Of a stretch of 42,961 nucleotides of DNA, positions 30,164 through 38,495 are shown in pieces. This stretch comes from an uncultured Candidatus Saccharibacteria bacterium. Its GTDB lineage: Bacteria > Patescibacteriota > Minisyncoccia > Phycocordibacterales > UBA9973. Each line of letters opens with the position of its first letter. The stretch's first letter is position 1. The notes under the pieces are model-generated. The model did no database searches, was not told the DNA's origin, and worked only from the letters and a program-made list of their open reading frames with translations. The translations under genes were made by a program, and so were the position numbers. The stretch spans positions 36,372 through 79,332 of the forward strand of contig CAZPJV010000001.1 in assembly GCA_964586975.1 (NCBI GenBank), in the 5' to 3' direction.

Positions 30164-31261
30164 ATGGAAGGCTCCGGTTATAAAGGCGGTTTTAATAAAT
30201 TTCTAAGCATAATTTTGCTTTTAGGAATTTGTTTTACTTTTGTAAATATTTTATACGCCACAGCTCCGAATCCGGGACATGATTTTACCTCTGCTTCCGG
30301 CGGCGTGGTGCAAGGAGATGTCTTATATGGGTCTGCCGCGGACACCCTTTCAGCTCTAGCTAAAAATGCTTCTGCTACCAGATATATTGCTAATACCGGC
30401 ACTTCCAACAATCCCGCTTGGGCGCAGATTGATTTAACAAACGGAGTTACCGGAATTCTCACATCAGTAAATGGAGGCACCGGCAACGGCTTTACGAAAT
30501 TTAGCGGACCGGCGACTTCTGAAAAAACTTTCACTCTGCCAGATGCAAGCGCGACTGTTTTGACAAGCAACGCGGCAGTTACTGTCGCTCAAGGGGGCAC
30601 GGGAGCAACCACCTTGGGAGACGCCGGGGTTTTAATAGGCAATGCTACAGGCGCTGTGCAAGTAACCAGCGCCGGAACTTCCGGACAAGTGCTGACTTCC
30701 AACGGTGCTGGCGTTGACCCTACATTTCAGACTGCGGCTGGAGGAGATGATGGGCGTATTATATTTGATGCGTTGACAACAGGAGAGCAGTTTGACACCA
30801 CTGCAAACAGCACGTCAATGACGGAAGCGACCAACCTTTCCCAGACGCTAGCAGCCGGTACTTATGTCTTTCGCTATAATATTATTTACCGCACCAACGA
30901 CGCCGCAGACGGTATAAGATTTGGGGTGAATTTTACCGGTACCAGCGGCGCTTTTGTCTGGCACTGGTATGTGGTAAACACCGTGGCAACTGCTTCTAAT
31001 GCCGCCGCGGACCAGAACTCAGTTCTTTCAACAGCAACACTGCCTGGTTATTATGCTGCGCGAGTAAAGGCAACCAGCGGAGTGGGGACAACTGTTTCTG
31101 CAGATACAGTAAACGCTGACGTGCAGGCTATTATTGAAGGCGTATTTGTGGCGACTGGCTCGGGCGACCTGGAGCTTTGGGCGGGGAATGAGGCAGCCGG
31201 CACTGGGGACTTCAATTCTCTTATGATTGGCACAAGCGTGATGATATTTAAGACAAAATAA
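30164..31261 (+). CDS. Hypothetical surface protein with G/T/S-rich tail-fibre-like segments
   Basis: N-terminal TM. Repeated short motifs VNGGTGNG, AQGGTGATTLG and GQVLTSNGAGVDPTFQ resemble those seen in phage tail-fibre N-termini. Confidence 0.5.
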   Translation: MEGSGYKGGFNKFLSIILLLGICFTFVNILYATAPNPGHDFTSASGGVVQGDVLYGSAADTLSALAKNASATRYIANTGTSNNPAWAQIDLTNGVTGILTSVNGGTGNGFTKFSGPATSEKTFTLPDASATVLTSNAAVTVAQGGTGATTLGDAGVLIGNATGAVQVTSAGTSGQVLTSNGAGVDPTFQTAAGGDDGRIIFDALTTGEQFDTTANSTSMTEATNLSQTLAAGTYVFRYNIIYRTNDAADGIRFGVNFTGTSGAFVWHWYVVNTVATASNAAADQNSVLSTATLPGYYAARVKATSGVGTTVSADTVNADVQAIIEGVFVATGSGDLELWAGNEAAGTGDFNSLMIGTSVMIFKTK

Positions 31262-31264
31262 CTT

Positions 31265-32227
31265 GTGAATTTTCAATCAATAAAATTCTCTGCACTTATC
31301 CTCCTGATTATTGTTTACCCGACTACTGTTATAGCTGGCACGCTTACCTGCACCGTTGATACGAGTTGTGCGTCAGGGAGTATAATTTTCCGAATGTCCG
31401 CAACTTCCAATGCCCACTCCGAACTTACAAGCCAGTCAAATTATTCCCAAGTAGTCTGTTGCAGTGGAGTTACCAGCCTCGGCAATTCTTGTTCCGGAAC
31501 TTTTGCAACAGCTCTAAAACTTTCTGCTTCAACGAATGCGCACGCCGAACAGAATGATCAGGCAAATTATGCCAACAGCTCCTGTATCTCGGTGCCCTCC
31601 GGAGGTTCTGTCTCCGTGGCATATCAGGCGAGCAATTGCACCGGTTATGATACTACTGTCGCGTCTATCTCCGGTACCACTAATGCGCATGTGGGAGACA
31701 GTACCGCTTATACCACTAAAGTGTGCGCAACGGCGGTAGGAGGAAGCCAGTCGTTGACTTTCAGTATCTCCGACAATTCCATCGGCTTCGGCACGCTAAG
31801 TTCCGCAGATGATTTTTTTGCTAACGGCGCCGGTACCGGTTCGGCCACGGAAGTTGAAGCGCATACCATTACCGCTTCTACCAATGCTACGAGTGGCTAT
31901 ATAATAACCATTAATGGCGCGACGCTGGCTTCCGGCGGAAATACAATTACGGCAATTGGAGGAACCAATACTACTTCATCGGCTGGCTCCGAACAATTTG
32001 GTTTACGCATGACGGCCACGGGGGGTAATGGCGCGGTATCTGCTCCCTATGCGGCGGCAGGTTTTGCCTTAGACACAGCAAACTTTCCCGACCAAGTAGC
32101 TTCCGATGCCGACGGCGACGATGTAACAACCACGTATTCTGTCCGTTATCTAGGAAATATATCCAGTACGACAGAGGCGGGGAGCTATAGCGCGACTTTG
32201 ACCTATGTAATTACCGCCTCTTTTTAG
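31265..32227 (+). CDS. Secreted protein: Cys-rich three-repeat N-domain plus a shared beta-sandwich-like C-domain (paralogue A; GTG start)
   Basis: Signal peptide and three NAH-containing repeats. The C-domain (31751-32224) closely matches that of the next ORF. Confidence 0.6.
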   Translation: MNFQSIKFSALILLIIVYPTTVIAGTLTCTVDTSCASGSIIFRMSATSNAHSELTSQSNYSQVVCCSGVTSLGNSCSGTFATALKLSASTNAHAEQNDQANYANSSCISVPSGGSVSVAYQASNCTGYDTTVASISGTTNAHVGDSTAYTTKVCATAVGGSQSLTFSISDNSIGFGTLSSADDFFANGAGTGSATEVEAHTITASTNATSGYIITINGATLASGGNTITAIGGTNTTSSAGSEQFGLRMTATGGNGAVSAPYAAAGFALDTANFPDQVASDADGDDVTTTYSVRYLGNISSTTEAGSYSATLTYVITASF

Positions 32228-32326
32228 AGCAAAGTTATCCACAGGGGAGATAGTAATTGTTTTGTAGCTTTAATATAATAATGTATATATATTGGTATTA
32301 TAAAATACTGTGACAAAAAATTTTTT

Positions 32327-33361
32327 ATGCTTAATAAATTAACCGGTGCCGTGCTGGTGGTGTTGCTGGTGGCAGCTTGGCCCGCCCAAACCGCTCGCGC
32401 CGCGGCGTTGACCAGCAAATCAGATACACTTTCAAGTCAGAAAATAAGCACTCTCTCCAGCCATACGATTAAGTTTACCACCCCAACTGGAGCAGGCGAC
32501 TCAACCGACACCATTATTATTACTTTTCCCTCGGACTTTAACTTCACCTCAAAAGCAATAAGCACGGTGACTTTTACCCACGGCGCCACGACCGGCGCTG
32601 AAAGCACCGAAACTCTTGCCGCAAGTCCGAGCGCGACAGCCTGGGGCGCTGTTTTCTCCGGCACCCAAAATCGAATTCTCACGCTCACCGCGCCGACGGA
32701 CGGTGTAGGTGCCGCGGCTGTTGCGGCGAGCGACAAAATCATTCTTACGTATGACAGCACCAACTCCACCAATGCGACTTCAGCAGCATCATATACCATT
32801 GCCATTTCGGGCACCTTCGGTGATACGGGAGATATTGTCATCAACATCCTCGCTGACGACCAAGTTGCCGTGACGGCGACCGTGGATGAATCGTTGACCT
32901 TTACTATTTCCGACAATACTACTGAATTTGGCACTCTGACTTCCGCCGACGATTTCTTTGCCGATGATTCCGGTGGCAATGCTACCGAAGTGGAAGCGCA
33001 TACACTGGTAGTGGGCACGAACGCCACTAATGGTTATACGATGACGGTTAACGGCGCGACGCTAACTTCCGGAGCCAATACTATTACCGCCATTGGTTCC
33101 TCCAACACCGCTTCGTCTGCCGGTACGGAACAATTCGGTTTGCGCATGACCGCTACGGGCGGCTCCGGCACGGTGACTGCGCCTTATGCCGCCGCTGGTT
33201 TTGCGTTTGATACGGCGGCCTTTCCAGACCAAGTGGCATCGGCCTCCGGTGCTTCGGCCAACACCACTTATTCGGTAAGATATCTTGGCAACATCACTTC
33301 TTCCACTGAAGCCGGTGCCTATACCGCGACCCTGACCTATGTAGTTGCGGCCAACTTCTAA
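32327..33361 (+). CDS. Secreted T/S/A-rich protein with the shared C-domain (paralogue B)
   Basis: Signal peptide MLNKLTGAVLVVLLVAAWPAQTARA. The C-domain (32891-33358) shares long identical runs with paralogue A. Confidence 0.65.
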   Translation: MLNKLTGAVLVVLLVAAWPAQTARAAALTSKSDTLSSQKISTLSSHTIKFTTPTGAGDSTDTIIITFPSDFNFTSKAISTVTFTHGATTGAESTETLAASPSATAWGAVFSGTQNRILTLTAPTDGVGAAAVAASDKIILTYDSTNSTNATSAASYTIAISGTFGDTGDIVINILADDQVAVTATVDESLTFTISDNTTEFGTLTSADDFFADDSGGNATEVEAHTLVVGTNATNGYTMTVNGATLTSGANTITAIGSSNTASSAGTEQFGLRMTATGGSGTVTAPYAAAGFAFDTAAFPDQVASASGASANTTYSVRYLGNITSSTEAGAYTATLTYVVAANF

Positions 33362-33407
33362 TCCAGAATGTCAGAGAGAGGGGGGAGGGGTTACACACAT
33401 ATTTTTT

Positions 33408-34376
33408 ATGCGAAACTATATTTTCTTCATAACCTTGTTTCTTCTTGCCGGCGGGGTGGCGGTTCCGGCCGAAGCGCTTACCGTTTCTCCCGCCAAAGTT
33501 GAGATTCAGGCCGACCCCGGGCAGACGGTGCACAGCGAAATTGAGCTTTTTAACGAGCAGTCGGACACCAGAATTTTCTTTACCTCTTTTGAAAACTTTG
33601 AATCGCGGGGCGACTCCGGCGCGCCATATTTCACGGGTGCCAAGAGCGGTTTGGCTACTTGGCTTTCCGCGGCGCCGGAGATAAGCATTGCGACCGGGGA
33701 ACGCATTAAGATTCCATACACTATTAGTATCCCGGCTAGTGCCAAACCCGGCGGCTATTTTGCCGCGGTCTTTTTTGGTAGCCAGCCGCCCCAAAGCACT
33801 GTGGGGGGCGAAGTGTCTATCGGCGGCAAAATTGGCGTGTTGATTTTGCTTCGGGTGAACGGCGAGGTGGAGGAATCCGCCGGCTTAGTGGATTTTGGCG
33901 CGAAAGACGGCCGGCGCTTTTTTGTGTCCTTGCCGGTTCCGTTTGAATACGGCTTTAACAATACCGGCGGCGATCGAGTAGTGCCTCAGGGCGAGCTTGT
34001 TATCCGAAATACCTTTAGATTAAAATCAGCGACGCTTTTGGCTAATGAGCGCGAAGGTAGTGTCCTGCCCAACAGCACCCGTAGATTTGAAACATTGTGG
34101 GGTGAAGCGCCCGCCCGAAACGAGGCTAATGAAGAAATCCAATTAGGATTTTTCCGGACAGCTTTTGCGCAGGTGAAAAATTTCCACTTCGGCTGGTATA
34201 CGGCAAAACTTAATTTATCCTGGGGCGCGAGCGCTCAGACCGCTAACGCTTCATACAATTTCTTTATTATACCGTGGCAACTTCTCCTCATTTTCCTCGT
34301 CCTACTTTTTATTTTTTGGTTTCTGCTCAAAAGATACAATCGCTACATCATCGCTCGCGCGACGCGACAACAATAA
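33408..34376 (+). CDS. DUF916/DUF3324-like cell-surface protein with a C-terminal TM anchor
   Basis: Signal peptide, LTVSPAKVEIQADPGQTVHSEIELFN, IPASAKPGGYFAAVFFG, VLPNSTRRFETLW and the C-terminal TM LLLIFLVLLFIFWFLL. The pattern resembles CscA-type proteins of Firmicutes WxL loci (from memory). Confidence 0.55.
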   Translation: MRNYIFFITLFLLAGGVAVPAEALTVSPAKVEIQADPGQTVHSEIELFNEQSDTRIFFTSFENFESRGDSGAPYFTGAKSGLATWLSAAPEISIATGERIKIPYTISIPASAKPGGYFAAVFFGSQPPQSTVGGEVSIGGKIGVLILLRVNGEVEESAGLVDFGAKDGRRFFVSLPVPFEYGFNNTGGDRVVPQGELVIRNTFRLKSATLLANEREGSVLPNSTRRFETLWGEAPARNEANEEIQLGFFRTAFAQVKNFHFGWYTAKLNLSWGASAQTANASYNFFIIPWQLLLIFLVLLFIFWFLLKRYNRYIIARATRQQ

Positions 34377-34379
34377 TGA

Positions 34380-35420
34380 ATGAGTTTAAAATTACACTTT
34401 CTTTTTTTTATTTTCTGCTTGTTTCTGCTGTCGGCTGGCGCGGCGCGGGCAATTACCGTTGAAATTACGGCAACTGTCGCGGGTTGTGGCGATGGAGTAA
34501 TAGGATCCGGCGAACAATGCGACGGGTCCGATTTAGGCGGGGCGACCTGCTCTTCGCAGGGATTTTCCGGCGGCACTTTATCGTGCTCTTCTGCCTGCAC
34601 TTTTAACACTTCGCAATGTACTTCCGGTGGCGGTGGCGGTGGTGGTGGTGGCGGCGGCGGGGGAGGTTACAGTAGTACCTCGATTACAACCATTCCCAAT
34701 ACCAATGTGGTGTTTACCGGCCGAGCATATCCCCGAAGCACGGTGACTTTACTTAAAGACGCTCAAATTGTTGCCACTACTATTGCGAGCGCAGATGCAA
34801 ATTTCCAAGTTACTATTTCCAACATTTCCGGCGGGAATTATTTGTTTAGCGTTTACTCCGAGGACAATAAAGGCAATCGCTCGTCCTTGCTGACCTTCCC
34901 GGTGGGTATTACTGCTGGAGTAACCACAAAGGTGAGTGATATTTTCATAGCTCCTTCCTTGGCGGTGGATAAAAGCGAAGTCAGAAAAGGAGATACGATT
35001 TCAATATTTGGCCAAAGCGTTCCCACAGCGGCTGTTACCATTACCATTGGCTCGGACCAAGACTTTTTCGTGCAAGGAAGCGCGGACTCAAGCGGAATTT
35101 ATTTATTAAATTTTGATACCACTCCACTGGAAATGGGTCAGCATACTGCAAAATCAAAATCCTCTTTTAAGGGTGAGATAAGCCCTTTTTCTAAAGTGAC
35201 CAGTTTTATTGTAGGGACACAGAATATTTTAGCGCAAGCCCCAACGCAGTCTTCCCTAAAAGGCGACACAAATAGTGATAGCCGAGTCAATCTGGTTGAT
35301 TTTTCTGTTGCCGCATATTGGTATAAGCGCCCCAGCCCACCAGCAACAGCTGATCTAAATGGCGATAAGAAAGTCGATCTAGTGGATTTCAGTATTATGG
35401 CTTATTATTGGACCGGGTAG
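34380..35420 (+). CDS. Secreted protein: Cys-rich CGDG repeat, poly-Gly linker, Ig-like region and C-terminal dockerin
   Basis: Signal peptide and CGDGVIGSGEQCDGSDLGGATC. Two Ca-loop/helix dockerin segments are present: DTNSDSRVNLVDFSVAAYWY and DLNGDKKVDLVDFSIMAYYW. Confidence 0.7.
   Translation: MSLKLHFLFFIFCLFLLSAGAARAITVEITATVAGCGDGVIGSGEQCDGSDLGGATCSSQGFSGGTLSCSSACTFNTSQCTSGGGGGGGGGGGGGGYSSTSITTIPNTNVVFTGRAYPRSTVTLLKDAQIVATTIASADANFQVTISNISGGNYLFSVYSEDNKGNRSSLLTFPVGITAGVTTKVSDIFIAPSLAVDKSEVRKGDTISIFGQSVPTAAVTITIGSDQDFFVQGSADSSGIYLLNFDTTPLEMGQHTAKSKSSFKGEISPFSKVTSFIVGTQNILAQAPTQSSLKGDTNSDSRVNLVDFSVAAYWYKRPSPPATADLNGDKKVDLVDFSIMAYYWTG
34626..34667 (+). repeat. (GGN)14 simple repeat encoding 14 consecutive glycines
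   Basis: ggtggcggtggcggtggtggtggtggcggcggcgggggaggt. Confidence 0.9.
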
Positions 35421-35488
35421 TGAATTTTGGTGCTGTGCATAGCACGTACGAAACTGCGTTTCGTACAGCACCAAAATCTACTACCCGG
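35413..35488 (+). other. 76-nt multi-stem inverted-repeat structure spanning the dockerin gene stop codon
   Basis: P1 is CCGGGTAGT/ACTACCCGG (9 bp) and P2 is TTTTGGTGCT/AGCACCAAAA (10 bp). The mini-hairpin is GTGC-ata-GCAC. P4 is GTACGAAAC-tgc-GTTTCGTAC (9 bp). No T-tract follows. Confidence 0.55.
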
Positions 35489-35510
35489 GGACCGAGATAA
35501 AGTAGATAAC

Positions 35511-35777
35511 ATGTTTTATTACACTTATGTGCTTCAAAGAAAACAGAATGATGATTTGTATATCGGATATACGACCGATCTACGTCGCAGGATTTCAGAG
35601 CACAACAGTGGAAAGAATTTTTCCACAAAAAACAAAGGACTATGGCAGGTCATATTTTACGAAGCGTACCTTGATGCTGATGATGCAATGCGGCGAGAAA
35701 AGTATCTTAAATCAAGCCAGGGTTCGCGATTACTTAAACGTATGCTGAAAGAATATTTCTATAAAAGAAGAATATGA
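35511..35777 (+). CDS. Small GIY-YIG nuclease-domain protein (COG2827/UPF0213-like), copy 1
   Basis: YYTYVLQ..DLYIGYTTDLRRRISEHN..R(R)EKYLK. The stop overlaps the next gene's start (ATGA). Confidence 0.75.
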   Translation: MFYYTYVLQRKQNDDLYIGYTTDLRRRISEHNSGKNFSTKNKGLWQVIFYEAYLDADDAMRREKYLKSSQGSRLLKRMLKEYFYKRRI

Positions 35778-36646
35778 ACATTGTAACCAAAACCAAAATA
35801 ATCATTCCAATTCTTTCGCTCGCTTTGTGCGTGCCCCTACTAGCGCTTGCGGCGGAGCTTCGTTTGGATCCCCACAAAGTCGCGGTTGGCTTACGGGAGC
35901 AATTTATCGTGGATGTCGTTGTCAATTCCGCCGACTCGCTCAATGCGGTTCAGGGCCAACTGGTCTTTTCAGCGGAACAATTGACGCCGGTAAACATCTT
36001 GGACGGCAACACAGTTATTAATTTTTGGGTGGAAAAACCCAATAGTCCGGAGCCCGGAATAATTGCCTTTTCCGGCATTACTCCCGGCGGGTTCAGCGGA
36101 CCCACTAATCTCCTTTTCTCCGTGGTTTTTGAAGCGAAAAATACCGGCCCGGCTAACATTGCATTTCAAGAGATAAAAGTTTTGCTGAATGACGGACAGG
36201 GTACCGAGGCCGCCTTTTCGACCCGCAACACTACGATTCTCGTCAAACCCGGGGACAGCAATGTCCGTCGGGAAACATTCTCGGACACCGAACCGCCGGA
36301 AGATTTTACGCCGCTCATCGCCCGCGACCCGAATATTTTTGACGGCAAATATTTTTTGGTATTTTCCACTCAAGATAAAAAATCTGGTATAAACCGTTAT
36401 GAAGTACGGGAAGGCAAGTGGAGTTGGTTCCACGAAGCAGAAAGCCCTTATCTTTTGAGGGATCAAAATTTACGGAGTAAAATATACATAAAAGCGATAG
36501 ACCAGAACGACAACGAGCGACTGGTAATCGTAGCGTCGCGCAATCTCGCGCCCTGGTGGCAAGATAGCAATTGGATTGTTATAATACTAGGAGCATTGCT
36601 TGCCGGAATTTTAGCGAAAAAACTATGGCCAAACTCTACAAAATAA
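35774..36646 (+). CDS. Cohesin-like domain protein with a C-terminal TM anchor
   Basis: Signal peptide. The cohesin-like pattern is FIVDVVVNSADSLNAVQGQLVFSAEQL..GIIAFSGITPGG..LLFSVVFEAKNTGPANIAF. The C-terminal TM is WIVIILGALLAGILA. Confidence 0.6.
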   Translation: MNIVTKTKIIIPILSLALCVPLLALAAELRLDPHKVAVGLREQFIVDVVVNSADSLNAVQGQLVFSAEQLTPVNILDGNTVINFWVEKPNSPEPGIIAFSGITPGGFSGPTNLLFSVVFEAKNTGPANIAFQEIKVLLNDGQGTEAAFSTRNTTILVKPGDSNVRRETFSDTEPPEDFTPLIARDPNIFDGKYFLVFSTQDKKSGINRYEVREGKWSWFHEAESPYLLRDQNLRSKIYIKAIDQNDNERLVIVASRNLAPWWQDSNWIVIILGALLAGILAKKLWPNSTK

Positions 36647-38313
36647 TTTTTATTCTAGTGTTGGGGTTTTTGCCTTATTTAGCGTCTGCCGCGTCTCTTT
36701 CTTTTTCCTCAAGCAGCTCTCCGGCGGTCGGCAGCACCTTTACGGTAAATGTTTTGGTTTCAAGCTTGGATCAATCCATGAACGCGGCGTCGGGAATCGT
36801 TGCCTTTCCCTGGGATAAATTGGAAGTGGTTTCGGTATCAAAACAGGGCTCAATATTTTCCCTGTGGGCGGAAGAGCCGGCTTTTTCCAACAGCGCAGGC
36901 ACAGTGAGTTTTGAAGGTATTGTTTTAAATCCCGGCTTTAAAGGCGCTAATGGAAAAATTTTAACAATAAATTTTAGAGCCAAGCGGGAGGGCCAGGCCA
37001 ACTTGAGTTTTTCTTCCGGTTCGGTTTTAGCCAACGACGGTTCCGGCACAAACATTCTGTCCGATTTGCGGGTTGCGGTCGTAGTTATCGGTTCTTCTCC
37101 AACGCCAGTACCCGATGTTATAGCGGCCGAGGGAGCTCCGCTTATAACTTCTACAACCCATCCCAATAGCTCACTGTGGTATGCCAACAAAAATCCCGAG
37201 TTTGCGTGGAAACTACCCGCCGGAGCTATCGCTGTCCGCACATCTATCAGTAAATCTGCTGGCGCCGAGCCGTCGGTCCTGTATGAACCGCCGATTTCCA
37301 AAAAGAAAGTGGACAATTTGTCGGATGGCACGCACTATTTTGCGCTGCAAATCAGGGACGCTACTGGTTGGGGTAAAATCGGACGGTATAAAATAAATAT
37401 TGACACCATTCCACCCGAACCGTTTGCTATTACCTTTCCTCATGGCAATTCCACGCTGGAACCCCAGCCAGTGATACTTTTTAATACCAAGGACACAGCA
37501 TCGGGCGTGAGCCACTATGACATCAGAATCAACGACGGCGGCCCCGACCGCAAAGTACCCCAGACGGATTCCAATCCATACCCCCTGCCGCCTCAAAAGC
37601 CCGGCAATTATATTGTCAAAATAACCGCCTTTGACCGCGCCGGCAATGCGACCAATACGTCTGAAAAATTTACCATTGAAGCCATCCGCGCGCCGACCAT
37701 TACCTACTATCCAACGGAAATAGAGTCGGGAGATTTGCCCAGGATTAGAGGCAATACTTACGAAGATGCCGATGTTACTATTAAGGTCTGGGAGAGCGGC
37801 GAGGAAATATCCCAAGAGTATGTCCGAAGTAATTCCAGTGGCGATTTTAATGCCTTAGTAACCAAGCGCCTTTCGCCAGGCACCTACACTTTCACTGTTT
37901 ACGTGACCGATGCCCGAGGCGCGAGCAGTAATGAAACAGAACCGCTCCAAATTCACGTAGAATCCCGCTTTATTAAAGACATTACCGATATCTTTCTAGA
38001 CTATTTTGGCAGAGCGATGACCATTGCATTCTTGCTCTTGGGCGCCGGAGTGGGCCTGTGGTATTTCTATGCAAAGACGATAAAAAAATTGCAGTATTTG
38101 CACCGGCGGGAAAAAGAAGCCGAGAAAACTACCGTAAAATCTTTCGAGCTTTTGCGCAAAGACATAGATGCTCATATCGCGCGCCTCAAAAAAGCGCAAA
38201 CCAGACGCAAGCTCACCGATGAGGAAGTGCAGTTTCTGGAGCAATTTGAAGAAACTTTAGCGGAAGCCGAAGGCATCATTGAGAAAGAAATACGCGGCAT
38301 TGCCGAGTCCTAA
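36625..38313 (+). CDS. Large cohesin-like domain surface protein with Ig-like repeats, a TM segment and a cytoplasmic coiled-coil tail
   Basis: Start chosen at MAKLYK (signal peptide). The cohesin-like pattern is FTVNVLVSSLDQSMNAASGIVAFPWDKLEVVSV..GTVSFEGIVLNPGF..ILTINFRAKREGQANLSF. The TM is MTIAFLLLGAGVGLWYFYA. Confidence 0.6.
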   Translation: MAKLYKIIFILVLGFLPYLASAASLSFSSSSSPAVGSTFTVNVLVSSLDQSMNAASGIVAFPWDKLEVVSVSKQGSIFSLWAEEPAFSNSAGTVSFEGIVLNPGFKGANGKILTINFRAKREGQANLSFSSGSVLANDGSGTNILSDLRVAVVVIGSSPTPVPDVIAAEGAPLITSTTHPNSSLWYANKNPEFAWKLPAGAIAVRTSISKSAGAEPSVLYEPPISKKKVDNLSDGTHYFALQIRDATGWGKIGRYKINIDTIPPEPFAITFPHGNSTLEPQPVILFNTKDTASGVSHYDIRINDGGPDRKVPQTDSNPYPLPPQKPGNYIVKITAFDRAGNATNTSEKFTIEAIRAPTITYYPTEIESGDLPRIRGNTYEDADVTIKVWESGEEISQEYVRSNSSGDFNALVTKRLSPGTYTFTVYVTDARGASSNETEPLQIHVESRFIKDITDIFLDYFGRAMTIAFLLLGAGVGLWYFYAKTIKKLQYLHRREKEAEKTTVKSFELLRKDIDAHIARLKKAQTRRKLTDEEVQFLEQFEETLAEAEGIIEKEIRGIAES

Positions 38314-38324
38314 AATACATGCGG

Positions 38325-38424
38325 AGCCGGAAGAGGGATTCGAACCCTCGACCTTCGCTTTACAAAAGCGTTGCTCCCCGCCCGCAACGCTCTCGCTTGC
38401 GAGGCGGGCGGGTACCAACTGAGC
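38325..38424 (-). pseudogene. tRNA-Thr(UGU)-like 3' portion: D-arm with a 36-nt hairpin insert, anticodon arm, T-arm and acceptor 3' strand TTCCGGC; the acceptor 5' strand is missing
   Basis: The minus strand reads GCTCAGTTGGTA[CCCGCCCGCCTCGCAAGCGAGAGCGTTGCGGGCGGG]GAGCAACGCTTTTGTAAAGCGAAGGTCGAGGGTTCGAATCCCTCTTCCGGCT. Confidence 0.55.
38371..38424. repeat. 54-bp direct repeat, left copy (identical to 38742-38795)
   Basis: ttgctccccgcccgcaacgctctcgcttgcgaggcgggcgggtaccaactgagc occurs twice, 371 bp apart. Confidence 0.9.
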
Positions 38425-38494
38425 CGGTGGGGGGATTCGAACCCTCGACCTTCGCTTTACAAAAGCGTTGCTCTGCCAACTGAGCTACACCGGC
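38422..38494 (-). tRNA. tRNA-Thr (anticodon UGU), canonical 73 nt, no encoded CCA
   Basis: Hand-folded. The acceptor is GCCGGTG/CACCGGC and the D-arm is GCTC-AGTTGGCA-GAGC. The anticodon arm is ACGCT-TTTGTAA-AGCGA. The variable loop is AGGTC and the T-arm is GAGGG-TTCGAAT-CCCCC (one A:C mismatch). Confidence 0.85.
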
Positions 38495-38495
38495 T

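Noticed and set aside
34274-34462. A 62-aa ORF whose internal ATG at 34376 overlaps the previous stop as TAATG, considered as an alternative start for the dockerin gene.
   Set aside because: That frame terminates after about 28 codons. The ATG at 34380 gives a signal peptide and the full 346-aa protein.
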